NCBI GenBank assembly: GCA_001179505.1
Contig: CDMY01000281.1
Coordinates: 72,784-136,579, forward strand
Reading direction: 5' to 3'
DNA from: Vitrella brassicaformis CCMP3155
Lineage: Eukaryota > Protista > Chromerida
Length of the DNA stretch: 63,796 nt
Position numbers and translations under genes: made by a program. The notes under the pieces are model-generated. The model saw only the letters and a program-made list of their open reading frames with translations, had not been told where the DNA came from and ran no database searches. This document shows positions 24,625 to 36,800 of the stretch, piece by piece (position 1 is the first letter of the stretch; every line of letters begins with the position of its first letter).

Positions 24625-25852
24625 GGGCAGCGCTATGTCCTCTGCAGGTTGTGACCGAGCGTTGCTTCACGCCCGTCATGAGGCAGTCACCCTTCAAGGA
24701 GGCCATCGCAGCAGGGCTGAAGGCCAGGCCGAAGCGCACCATCGAGCTGCTAGAGACCCACCTCTCCGGCCTCGTCGAAAACAACGCCAAAGAATGGAAA
24801 CAGTGCATGGAAGCGGTGAGTGTCCATGCAGAACAACACACCACGGCGGGCAGGACAGCTAACAACACGTCACCGATTGCTTTTGTCGTTGTGTGTTATA
24901 GGTGTATGTGTCGAGGTCCTGCACGGCTACCTCGATGACCGCGGCCTGCAGTCCTGTGGATTCTACAGCAACCCGCGTGCGTTCCAAAAGCCGCCGGTAG
25001 ACCCGCTGATTTCTTCTGCTGTCATCAGGCAAACCTGTGACACACGACACACAGAGAGACATCGTATCAGGATCGGTGAGAGTCAGTGAGAAGGAGACAC
25101 ACATCGGTTGCTGTGTGTCTCAGTGTCTCTGTATGTGAGTCGGGTGTGTACTGTCGTGTGTGTCGAATGCACACGGCGGGCGGGGCAATGGGCCGGCGGG
25201 CGGCACCATCATCACACCAGGACCTAAGGGAGACACACACACACACGAGCCCAGTGGAGACAGCAGCATGACTCCCTCTCGACTCAATCGCTAGTGAGTG
25301 AGTGAGCGAGTGATTGAGTGAGTGAGATATCAGTGTGGTTGAGTGTTGGTGCCGTCCATCCATCCATTCGTTCATTCATTGATGGGTTCGGCGTGTGTGT
25401 GTGAGTGTGTGGGACCGGTGAAGCCAATGCATGGCATTCATTCACTGACAGTCAATGATTCATGGAGAGAGTCGCAGGGCTGTCCGTGGAGGCCTTCGCA
25501 TCAGTGTAGAAGGCCAGCTTTCCGCCCTCTGAGCACACAGGAGGGCGGGACAGCCAGCTGTCCGGCTGGCAAGCTGGCAGGGAGGTCGGGAAAGCCAGCT
25601 TTCCAGCCGGAAAGCTGGCAGGGAGGCCCGGAAGGCCAGCTTTCCGGGTGGTCTGGCCAGCTTTCCGGGTGGCTGGCTGGCTTTCCGCGGGCTTAGCTAG
25701 CCTTCTGTGGGCCTAGCTAGCTTTCCCCGCCTCCTCTCAGCTTTCCGGCCGGAACTCCAGCTTTTCGCCGCACCTTGTCGGGTAGTGAAGAAGAGACCGA
25801 GACACCAGCGGGCACCATCTTTCTCGTCTTGCAACTTCTGCCACACGATCAT
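23092..25852 (-). CDS. Orphan secreted/membrane protein whose first coding exon is interrupted by the CACTA element
   Basis: Removing 23998-25787 and one AA copy restores ..WCLGLFFLLLARLSAADVITGEGCALQGPDCN. Four further exons (DLGQPQ.., GPFWDS.., KDLARWD.., LDVEVE..WHFKGKL*) join in frame via GT-AG introns. Confidence 0.75.
23998..24510 (+). repeat. Left inverted arm of the CACTA element
   Basis: Near-identical reverse complement of 25300-25787, differing by a few substitutions and one internal duplication of about 27 bp. Confidence 0.9.
24000..25773 (-). other. Predicted transposon-derived spliceosomal intron (1,774 nt)
   Basis: Minus-strand donor CAAG|GTGCGG at 25774/25773 and acceptor CTTTTCGCCGCACCTTGTCGGGTAG|TG at 24000/23999. 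The join keeps the host frame (FF-TTRQVF-LLL). Splicing itself is not demonstrated. Confidence 0.55.
24648..24996 (+). pseudogene. Two-exon gene fragment inside the element (cargo or transposase remnant)
   Basis: Phase-0 exons 24648-24815 (VVTERCF..WKQCMEA) and 24916-24996 (VLHGYLDD..FQKPP) with cag|..|gtgagt and gag|..|gtag boundaries. No start or stop codon. Confidence 0.55.
25300..25787 (-). repeat. Right inverted arm of the CACTA element
   Basis: Reverse complement of 23998-24510, read directly. Confidence 0.9.
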
Positions 25853-25898
25853 CTGAAAGGTTTTACGCACAGAAGCCCACATCTTACCTAACACCGCA

Positions 25899-28714
25899 AT
25901 GCTTGTCCCGAAGCGTGTGCTGACAACCGAATCGCAATCGACGACTGCAGTGAGCACGGAAGCAACGGAGGCAAGAGAGGCGGTGGAGTATGACGAGGCG
26001 TATCGTGATCCCGAGGCGAGAGCAGGAGGGCAGCTGCAAGATGGCTATGCAGGAAGCGACGACACAGATGATGGGTGAGGCCGCTGCATGACCGGTGTCA
26101 GCTGCTTTTCTTAATTGGCAATGCTCCATCCGTGCCGTTGTGTGAGTTATGCAGCATGGCGCCGTCTGTGATAGGGCGTGGTAGTGCGTCGTCGCTCGAA
26201 GATCTGAAGGATCATGGTGGCGGCACGCCACACGCATCGCTCGCTGACGTGACGCCGCCATGCACGCCGCTGCTCGGCCTCTCAGTGGCATTCGCCGCTG
26301 TCACAGGTAAGCATCACCTGCACCTGATCGTGGTGCTGACTGACCGATGTGCCTCCTGTGTGGCATTCACTTCCTGATTCCTTCAGGGATTTTGATGGGT
26401 TACGATTTCGCCATAGCAGCAGTGGTGCTGCAGCCGATCCAAGAGGACTTCAACTTGTGCAGCGGCCAGTTCACCTGCCGGGCAAAGGACCTGTTTGTGT
26501 CGCTCGTCGGGCCGGGGGCGATCGTCGGCGCCATGTCGGGCGGCAGCATCGCAGATTGGTTCGGCCGCCGTGTGGCCCTCGCCGCAAGTGACTTTTTCAT
26601 CATATTGGCCGCCTCCCTCATGGCTTTAGGTACCTGCATCCAACACGTGTGGCGTGTCGCCCATTGCCCATGTGGTGTGTCTGTCGGTGTGTTGTGCAGG
26701 TCAATCGTTTTTTGTGGTGTTGATTGGTCGGTTCTTTGTGGGCATGGGGGCGGGCATCGGGCTGGTCAACTTCTCCACATACACGTCGGAGATATCGCCG
26801 CCCAAACGAAGAGGTGCACTCGTCGTCTGCCAGGTGCGACGCGACGCGCCGAGGAATGAGACCACATCTCGTCTGTACGTCTCTCTATCGATCCATTTTG
26901 TCTTGTCTGTGTGTCAGGAGTTGTGTCAGTGAGTCTACGCTCACCCTGGCGTAGATCTCCGCTATGTACTGCGTGCATTGGCATTGTTATGTCTGTGTCA
27001 GATGCATCGGTGCCATTCTTGCTTTCCTGGCTGCCGTCAGTTTGGGGCCCTCCACCGAGCATGCAACCGAGAATGCGTGGCGGTGGCTGCTGGGTGCTGC
27101 AGGGCTGGTGGGCGTCGTGCAGGGGTTCGGTATCCTCCTGCTACCTGAAAGCCCCAGATGGTACGCGTGTGCGCTGGTGGGTGTGGACCCGCCATTCATC
27201 TTGTCTCTCTGTGTTGTCTCAGGCTGATGTTTCGGTATCGCGAGGAACGAGCCAGGGAGGTGATGCGGAAGCTGGGAATGGGGAGCACAGCCGACATCGA
27301 CCAACAGGTACTCCGCGCCCCAGCACCCACTTGGCATTGCCAAACAAACACACACACACACGCGACCTTTTCTTCTCTGCATTCCATCAGATGGCTGCCA
27401 TCCGCCGCGAGCGTGACGGCGACAAATTCCTCGACGCGCGTACGGTCAGCTCCAATGGTTCGGATGAGTCGCTCTGCACTGCCGAGGACGAAACCGCCCA
27501 CTCCCGGAAGAAGCGGGCGCCCCTGCGCGCCGACGAGGAGGGCGGCTGGGTGAAGAGGGTGGCGCTGCAATGGAGAGAGATTCGGGGGCACCGGAAGCAG
27601 ATGCTCATGGCCGTCGGCTGTGCTGTGGCGGGGGTGAGGCGCACACATACGGGGCGGCTGACGGATGAATGACGTCCGCCTGTGTGTGCGCGTGACGTTC
27701 AGAACCTGACATTCGGTCCTGTGGTGTTTCCGTTGAGTGAGGACATTTTGCGGCTTGCTGGTGTGGGGCCGCTGGGGCGGTTTTGGGCTGGCCTCGGGAT
27801 AGGGCTCATGAAGGTGAGATGCGTGTACACTCACTCGACTCGCGCCAGTACCCCCAGGCCCAGAGACAACCACTCTGCAGTGCACAGTGAGTGTGTGTCG
27901 TCGTCTCTTGATTCGTTCAGCTGTTCGGTGTCCTGCTGACGATGAGCACTGTAGATGTGTTTGGCCGACGTCGGCTGCTGTTTGTGGGCAATCTGGGTAC
28001 GTGCTGCTGCCATCTGTTGCTCTCGGTGGCCTTCCTGTCTCACGTCCTCTATACGGGCCACTCCATCGACCTCAACGCCTCCTACACCCATGACCAGCCC
28101 GCGGAGCTATTGCCGCCCTCCCTGACGGCTGTGTTGGGGAGCCTGGGGGTGCTGCTGTTCATGCTGGCGTGGAATGTGGGCTGGGCCAGCATGATCTATG
28201 TGGTGGCGAGTGAGCTGCTGCCCAGCCGCATTAGGGGCGTCGGCATGAGCATGGTCGAGGTCACCTTCTGGGTGCTGGCCTTTGTCAACGGCAACACCAT
28301 GGAACGGCTTTTCCTCAACATCACGCCACAAGGCAAGTTGGTCGACACACGCGAGTCGAGTCGTGCGCATCTATCTATCTATGTCTGTCTGTCTGTGTGC
28401 CTTCAGGGACGTTCCTGCTGTATGCGTGTTTGAACGCATTATGTTTTGTGCTGATATGCGTGCTGCCGGAGAACACTGGCAAGTCACTCGAAGACATCAA
28501 CGCGGCCCTCTCGCCACACACACGACATCATACAGCAGGAAGCAATGACGGCGATGGCGTCAAGATGGCCTGGCCCGCACCGGCCGACCAGCACAACGGC
28601 GGCGCTGTTGAGATGGCCCAGAAGGTCGGTCCTGTGTGTGTGGGCAAGAAGGTGCTGCACAAACAGTCCCGTGTGCTCCAATACGACATGATGGACGATG
28701 AGACCAGCGACTGA
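25899..28714 (+). CDS. MFS sugar porter family transporter
   Basis: GILMGYDFA, ADWFGRR, GRFFVGMG, YTSEISPPKRRG, WRWLLG, LPESPRW, VDVFGRRRLL, SELLPSRIRG, LPENTGKSLEDI. The start may instead be at 26156. Confidence 0.93.
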
Positions 28715-29356
28715 CTGACCGCTTGAGCGAGGGAGGGAGGGAAGGAAGGAGCGAGGGGTTGTTAGTACGAACGATATATGTGACGCGTGGCGGCCCTTTT
28801 TGGCCCCTCAATTATCTGTATGTCACCGCTGCTCGTGCGAACAACGTCGTGAGAGCGTGCAGTGCTCGCTCACTTTCTGGATGCATGTTATGTTGGATGG
28901 ACTGTCGGACGCATCTGTCTGTTTTGCCGATATATGGCGCAATCAGCCGTCGTGTAAGTGGATCAAGCGTTCATTGCACTATAGTCCGCCAGACAGTCAG
29001 TCAGTCAGTCAGTTCACGTCATTTCGACTGTATAGGTGTGGATGGGCTGCGCCTCTGCAGCTACGACAAATCACCCAAGGCACTCAACCCATCGATCGGT
29101 CAAGGCCGCTCGCTACACCGCCTCCCTCCGCCCACGATCTAGCTATACACACACACATACACACACCCACATACACACAAGCAGGCAGGCAGCCACCGGC
29201 CAGACATCCGCAGCCAGTCGGCTCAGTCGTCGGCTAATTAGTGCGGTCGCTCATATACAGACGAACAGACAGACAGCCAGACGCGCCCATGCATGCACAC
29301 ACAAGAATGAGCCATGGATAAAGGAGAGGCTGCTCGCTCTGGTCTTGCTGCCTCGC

Positions 29357-30643
29357 TCACGCCGCCTTCTGCAAGGACGAAGAGAGAGAGAGAGAGAGAG
29401 ATGAGCCTGCCTCTCTCTTGTCTGTGTGGATTGGGTGCTTGGTCATATCTGCAGCATATCTGCAGGCAGGTTACCTACCTGGACGGGCAGGAAGAGTTTG
29501 AATTCGTTGGGGAGCTCGTCTTCGCTGTAGAGGCGGTCGCTGAAGTAGATGCGGCGGATGCGGCAGTTGGCGTGGATCTGCACACGCAAGGTCTCGATGT
29601 AGTTGGTGCCTGACACACACACACACGCACAGGGAGGGGGAGAGCAGCCATTTTGAGTCTGGTGTGACGCGTGGCGGTTTGGCCGATCGACCGACTAACC
29701 GTATGCGCGTCTGGTGAAGTCGGACAGGTTGAACTGGATCTGGTTCCAGCCCTCGTCCAAACGCATGGGCATCGTGCAGATGAACGGCTTCACACGGGTG
29801 GTCGACTGCACTCACCCAATCACATCACACACGTATGGCACGGCACACACATGAATGGGCCCAGCTGGGGTGCGTCTGTGTATCTGTGTGTTGTGTGTGC
29901 CTGGTAGTTGGATGCGCGGAACCTCCGTCGGATGTTCTTGTCGTCGAGCACCTGAACCTCAAACGTGAAGTACTTCTTCAGCTGCACACACACGCGAACA
30001 CACACACACACACACACACGTGTGAGAGCAGCCAGCTGTGCTTGACGCATCCTTCCATCCATCCCCTGTCTGTTGGCTCACGCACATTCTTCATGATCAT
30101 GACAAGGAAGGGCAGCTTGATGCCCAAAGTCTTGTTCGGGTCGGCAGGGCAGGTGATGAAATTCGTAGACACGTTCGTACCTGAGAGAGAGAGAGAGAGA
30201 GAGAGAGATGTGGTGGTGTGCCTGGCCCGAGCTCCTCCCGCCGCCCACCCATAATCTCGAGGACGCTGGACTGAATGTCCGAGTCGGTGAGCCGTTTGAT
30301 GTGCCCATTGCGGACTGAAGGAGGCACGTTGCAAGACAGACAGACACACAAATGAAGCTTGGCGACACTGCAGTGGCCTCAGTGCGTGTGCCATGCATGC
30401 CCACCCTTCTTGTCCCAAATCTGCAGCGGCTTGCTCCTGATGGAAGGAACAACACACACACACGCAGAGGGACAGGCAGACAACTGAGCGAGTGCGCGCA
30501 TGCGCCCGTAAGCATGTTCTGCCGAGTATTTGGCAGCCAAAGCGTCGCCCTCATGTGGCATTTCGCCTCCCTGCCCCATGTGTGCCTCACCCGACGCTGT
30601 AGAGGATGGAGAGGAAGCCCGACTGAAAGGTGTTCTTGAACAT
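29357..30643 (-). CDS. CFAP20: Cilia- and flagella-associated protein 20 (BUG22/GTL3)
   Basis: [118 protein letters not shown]. Confidence 0.97.
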
Positions 30644-30868
30644 GGTCGCGACGATGCAGGTACAACGTTGCAGGGGCACTCTCGAGGACGCTCAGGCCCT
30701 TCCAGCCCAGCCCCCTCCCAAGCGAGCTCGCGTCTCTGGGGGCGATGGGGGCGTAAGGTGGAGTGGCGCATGACCAGGTTGTGCACCCGCTGACCCGAGC
30801 CTTTTGTTTCCCCCTCCTTCCAGCCGGTTCGTGTGTCCTGCGCTCGGAGAGCAAGCAGCGACTTTTTC

Positions 30869-33800
30869 ATGTCGAGCAAGAGCTCGGTGTCTGGGAGGAA
30901 CACAGGCTTCGTCCTCCCACATGTGGTGAGATTATGACACCACACACAGCCCATTGTGCATGCTTGTGGCCATAACATACACAAATATGCTTGCTGTGAG
31001 GACAAGGGTGGGAGGTGGGAGATCAGCTCTGAACTATTGCAGATGACACTGTGTGTGAGTGTGTTGGTTGCAGGCCTGGCAGGAGGGGCTCTTCGGCGTC
31101 CTGTAAGCACGAGACTACTGACACAAGCACACACAACGAACACACTCACAGCGCCAGGACGGCACCATCCACTGCATATGTCCTACAATGGTCTCTGCAA
31201 TGGATCTTGCGTTGTGTCGTGCTTCCTATCGTGCAGATATGTGTTGGATTCCGCGCGTGAGACGGCCGATGACGCCACCTTCCGCCTGACACATGTCTTT
31301 TTCAACGTCCTGGCGCTTGTCGTGGACGCAGGGTGCGATACATGTATGGTCCACGCGGCGATTTGCATATCCCTTTCTGCTGTTTGGATGTGTCCCTCCC
31401 TCCCACCAACGCACAGTCAGCTGATTCCGTTGCTGACATCTCCCACCGACGCACGCGTGTTCAAGTGCCGCCAGTTCGACCTCTTTAACGTCAAATGCCT
31501 CTTCATGCTCATCACCAGCCCGTTCGAGGCGCTCGCCGGAAACAACAAGATCCAGTACACCATCGTGGTTGTATTGCTGAACCTGGTGATGGTCGTTGCG
31601 CTGGTAAACGGCATCATCGTGGCGCACACATTCCGCACACGGCAGGTCAACCTCATCACGCCGATCGTCATCATCAGGGGATTCGTCAGAATACTCGTGT
31701 GCGCCAGCAACGCTTATACACACGATCGGACATGGATTGAGAGATTTGATCTGTGTGTGCATATGGGTGGGTCGATCAGCACGGTGTTCTTCACGAGTGC
31801 GGTGGCTCTGCTTGCTAGCACCGGCTCGTGCGGCTACGTGAGGGAGAATGTCAGGGATTTCAACTGCTTTGGACCGGAACACACCGTCGGTATCCTGCCT
31901 GCCCTTATGGGGGAGGGACCTGGCTGCAAAGCAAGGCCGGCGTCACCACCTCTGTCTCTCTTTCTGTCTGTCTGTGTCTCTGTCCACCTGTGTGTGTGCA
32001 GTCTTCATCTGGTCGATGCTGTCTCTTGTGTGGATGATCCCCTTTGCCCTAGCCGTCGCACGTACGCATCAGCAGATAGATCAGCCACATATGCCGCGTA
32101 CATCGATCAGCTCTGTGTGTGTGTGTGTGTTGTCGGCGTGGATGGCCATGCAGTGCTGTACAACAAGTTCGTCCCATTCGTGTACGACCAGTCGGCGGCG
32201 GCCCACGGGCGGAACGAGGTGCTGTTCATGGCCACCAAGGTGCTGGTCAACATCAACTTCATCATCTGCCGCAACGCCACCGACTACTGCCGCTACGGCA
32301 CGGTCATCAACTTCCTCTGCCTCTCGGCCGTCGCCATCGGCTCACTCATGCAGGCGCCATTCCACGTCGGGTCAGTCAGTCGTCTGTCAATCCATCCATA
32401 CCCCTCCAAGCGTCCATCTGCATGACGTGGCGTGACGTGGCGTGGCAGGTACACGAATCGGATTCGTCTGGGCAGTCTGTTTTTCCTGGTGCTGTTCTCG
32501 CTGGACCCTTTCATTCCGACGCTGGGCGGCAACCGCAGCCTCATGTTCGGAATGTGCGCCCTCTTCGCCATCTTCGGTCGGTCGGTCGGTGGGCGGGAAG
32601 CCAGAAACACACACACATGGATTGATGGATGGATGGATGGATGTCCGTGTGATGGAGAAGGCTACTCGATATCTCAGGTGCGCAAGAATCAGTACCAGGA
32701 GAAGCTGATATCCGAGATGCACGAGGCCCACAACCATTACTCGTCAGTCAGCCATGCACGACGCACAGCAGCCCGCATCCATCCATCCATCCATCATAGC
32801 ACATCTGTCGACTCCCTGCCTGTTGGCGCTGCAGGGAGACCTACTTGTCCATCCTGACCACAATCATCAACCCCGCCCTCGCCGGTAGGTACGGCTGTCG
32901 ATCGACCTCTGTATGGCTGCCTGCACCGACATCATTCAGACACGATCCCCAAGTTCGCGCAGCAGGCGACGTCTCAGGACGTCCGTCGTGGCGGCGGCGG
33001 CGGGACCTCGCCACGAAGCAAGAAGAAAATCAAAAAGAAACAGGCCAGGACCACAGCCGAGGAGGCGAAGCCCGACCCTTCACCAATGGCCCTCGTGCCT
33101 GTCAGACAAGACGACGCACTGGGTAGGTATCCAAAAAGATGTACACGGATACACGCAGACATGGTCGCTTTGAGTGTCTGTGTGTCTGTGTGTCTGTCTG
33201 TCTGATGTAGCTGCGGGTGCTGGGTCTGAGCGCGGAGCGGCTGACGAGTATCAGAAGCTCGAGGAGCAGATTCAGCACAAGCTGGCCAGCCGGCACTTTG
33301 TCAACTCCGTCAGCGAGAGGCTGCTCTTCGAGACGGACATCGAACTCATACTGAGATACTTCAGGTCCTCGCTGAGCCCGGCCAGACATGTATATCATGA
33401 CATTGTACGAATTGCCACTATCATCCATCTGTGCGGTGCGTGCAGAGACAATTGGTCCAACTTCAGTCAGCAGGAGCGGGATGTGGCGCACATGGTGATG
33501 CTTGAGACCTTCATCGTCATGCTGCAACGGTCGCACTATAAGGCATTCGCACTCATATGGTACGGGTGTCTTGGATTGGGTGGGTGAGACATTTGGCTGG
33601 CACTCTGTGTGTGTGTGGTGTGGTGTGGTGTGGTGTGGTGTGGCAGGTATGCATTGGTGTCAAAGGAATACTTCGGTGAGACCGTGTCGATATATGGCTA
33701 CATCAAGAAGGCCCACGAGACGGCGGGAAAGTGCCAGCTAGACATAAAGTACCTCTGCTTTTTCCTCGAAAAGGAGATCGAAGCTACCAGGTACAAATGC

Positions 33801-36800
33801 GCACCCACCCCCAGAGAGAGAGAAAGAGGGAGAGAGAGGGAGAGAGGGCACACTCTCCGCCGCCCGTCGATGCGCAATGCAGGCAGTCTCAGTCCATGGG
33901 TGGTGACACCAAGATGAACCTCGTGGAGTTGATGACGTATCGCAAATGGCGGCAAGCTGCCAAGATCAACCACATCAAGGCCCTGCAGTCCCTCAGCCGC
34001 TTCTGGAAGGTCATGTCGGCAAGCGACATGTCGCCCGCCGGCCGCTCCAAGGGCACAACCAACGAAATGAAGATACTCATCACGGGACTAAGAGCCGTTA
34101 GGGCAGCTGGTGAGACGAACGGCAACCAAAACAGTTGCACTCATATTCCTCTCGTCGCGCTCAGATGCGGCCTACAACACGCTGATTGCGAAATACCCGA
34201 AGAATCCTTCAAACTGGCTGCTGTACACAATGTTTGTGAAGGTGGCTTTGATGGACCGTGCCCGCGCAGCCCAGATGCTGCAGGAGAAAAAACACGGCGA
34301 CGACTACCGCGGCGATGCTGCCTCGTCATCACACGCCAGCGGAGAGGTGCACCCGACAGTGAGACACAAGATGCGTTCGCAGCATTGTTGTGGTGCGTGT
34401 GTGTGTGTGTGTTAGGGTGGCACCAGCACTTACGTGAGTCACCGTGAGGAGGTGACCTGCAATCTGGAACAGAGGAAGCTCTCAGGGCTGAACGTGCTGC
34501 ACCTTGTCTCGCTTCTCGGGTATGGGATCGAAATGCTGACTGACACGACTGCCTCACGTCTCACATGCCGGTATGGTGTGTGGCCGGTTGATGTTGGATG
34601 CATGTGCTGTGCGTGCAGTTGTGTCTTCTTGTTGGTGATGGCTGGCATCACCCACTGGGTGTCAGAGACGAGAATGGAATACACCTACAGGAAGCTCCAA
34701 GACCTGGTGAGCGATCCGGCCATGTGCGCGCATCCATCATCCACACGGGTGATTGGGTGATTGTGTGTTTACAGGACCACAACAGTCAGCCACTGACCCA
34801 GTGGTTTACACACGTTCACAACCGTAACACGTTTGGGCTGTGTTTACAGGCGTGATGCTCAACCTGTGGACCGAAGTCTGTATTCAGCTGAATCTGGTCA
34901 CCATCTACCAAGCCGCCAACCACGACAAGTACCCCTCAGCGTACGGGAAGCTCCTTGAAGCCGACGTAAGCGTACTGATCCACCAGCAAACAGACACACA
35001 CACGTTTGTCGTGTGTCCAGCTGATCCTTGCGCGCAAGGCGGAGGAAATCGCGACGTCGTCCAACAGGATCGCCAACTTCGCCCAGAAGGAAGGCATGGA
35101 CGACATCTTACTCAAGTATCAGGAGCCCAACCTGAGGATAAGATTCTTCCGCAGCGATCGTAAGCGTGTGTGCGCTCGTCTGTGCACAATGCACGAATTC
35201 GTGCATTGTGCAGAGAGCAGGTATCACCGGGAGTTGTCGTTCCAAGAGATGGTGTCCGAGTACGTTAGTGCTTGCAGAAAAGTAACGACCGGCCGACCGA
35301 AGCGACTCACTTGTTTGCATGTCTGTCTGTCTGTCTGTCTGTGCGTGCACGTATGTGTGGGTGTGTACAGGTGGTCCACGATCTCGAGACGGAGGGCCGT
35401 GTGTCGCTCGAGTCGCCTGACCTGCGGTTCGTCAGCGAGCAGTGTGCGGGCGAACCCACGGCGGAGCTTCTTACCATCATGAGAATGCAGGTTGACCACG
35501 TAGGGATCCACAACAAACAAGCAACGCTTCTTTGTGTGGATGAGGGGTAGGGTATCATGCCTTTTGTTTCATCAGGCTCAGGATGCGCTGCAGACATCGA
35601 TAAACGTGCTGGGGGCTTGCAATGCCTTCATCATGTTCGTGTCGGTCGCCACGCTGGTGTTCAGCATCTATATCATCTCGAGGGGCCTGGGCGAGTACGA
35701 TCGCTGGGCGTCCCTTCCCGTCGTTATGCAGGCAAACAACAAACACACAACCTGCTGTCGCAATCACCGCATCCCTCCTTGGTGTCTCTGTCCCTCAGAT
35801 TGCACACACGCTCACTGCTATCGAAAGGAGGAAGCTGCGCAAAGAATTCAGACGGGTCAGTCAGTACTCCATTCTTCCTTCCAGCATCACCTGGACTGCA
35901 TGCCTCTCTTTGATGCTTGGTTGATTGTTTGCTTTGCAGGCGGCGAAAGAGCCTGCTTTGCAGGCGGGAGAGGATGACCTGGCCGAAGTGTTAGAGGAGT
36001 GGATCAAACGTGATAGCGTATCGGTACGCCCACACAGCACTGCCGCCCGCTGCACACGTCCATCAATCACAATCACCCCCTCTTCTGTGTCGGTCTTGTA
36101 CACAAGAGGCGCAGAAGCACCCTGATGGACGCCGACAAGCTGCCTCAACCCTCCGAGAGCGCACCACCGCCCCCACAGCCACTGCAGCAGCCTCCGCCTC
36201 CGGCAGATGACGGCTCAGCGCCTCCCCAGTACCCGTCTCCGAACTCCTCTCCACCGCTTCCCGTCTGTCAGGAGAAGATCACCCGCAGGGTGACAGGATT
36301 CCCCCGCGGACCGGCCGAAGCTGAGGAGGGTGAAGAGGCGGACGAGAAGGACACGGAAAACCAAGGCGATGTCAAAGAGGAGCCGCAGGGGGAGAGAGTG
36401 CAGCAAGAGGAGCCGGAGCACGCTGAGCGGCAGGAGGACCTGAGCCGAAGGCAATCGTTGGACCGCGCCACTGTCATGAAGGCGATACGGCGGGCATCCG
36501 TCACCCACATGTCGTTGTCGGACAAGCGTCAATCGGCGGCTGACTCGCCCCAAATAGTCGTCTCACCCCCTTTGGCTGCATCCTTATCTGCTCGCTTCGC
36601 TTCATTCCCCGACTCAGCGTCACATGAAGAGGTGGAGGAGGGCGTGGTGACCGCTCGGATCAGGGACAGCCCTCAGATGAACAGCGGTACTGAAAAGCTG
36701 AAGAAGAAGGTGTCCTTCCACGGCGACTCGCCACGAAAAGGGCTCATGTGCCCACCTGTGGGCACAATTGGCGGTGACATGCCATTGGACTTCTTCCCCC

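Larger units (their letters stand above)
23998..25787. mobile_element. Non-autonomous CACTA/EnSpm (CMC superfamily) DNA transposon, 1,790 bp, 2-bp TSD (AA)
   Basis: Starts CACTACCCGACAAGGTGCGG and ends CCGCACCTTGTCGGGTAGTG. AA flanks both ends (23996-23997, 25788-25789). Long inverted arms with subterminal repeats. The empty site restores the host ORF. No transposase ORF. Confidence 0.9.
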
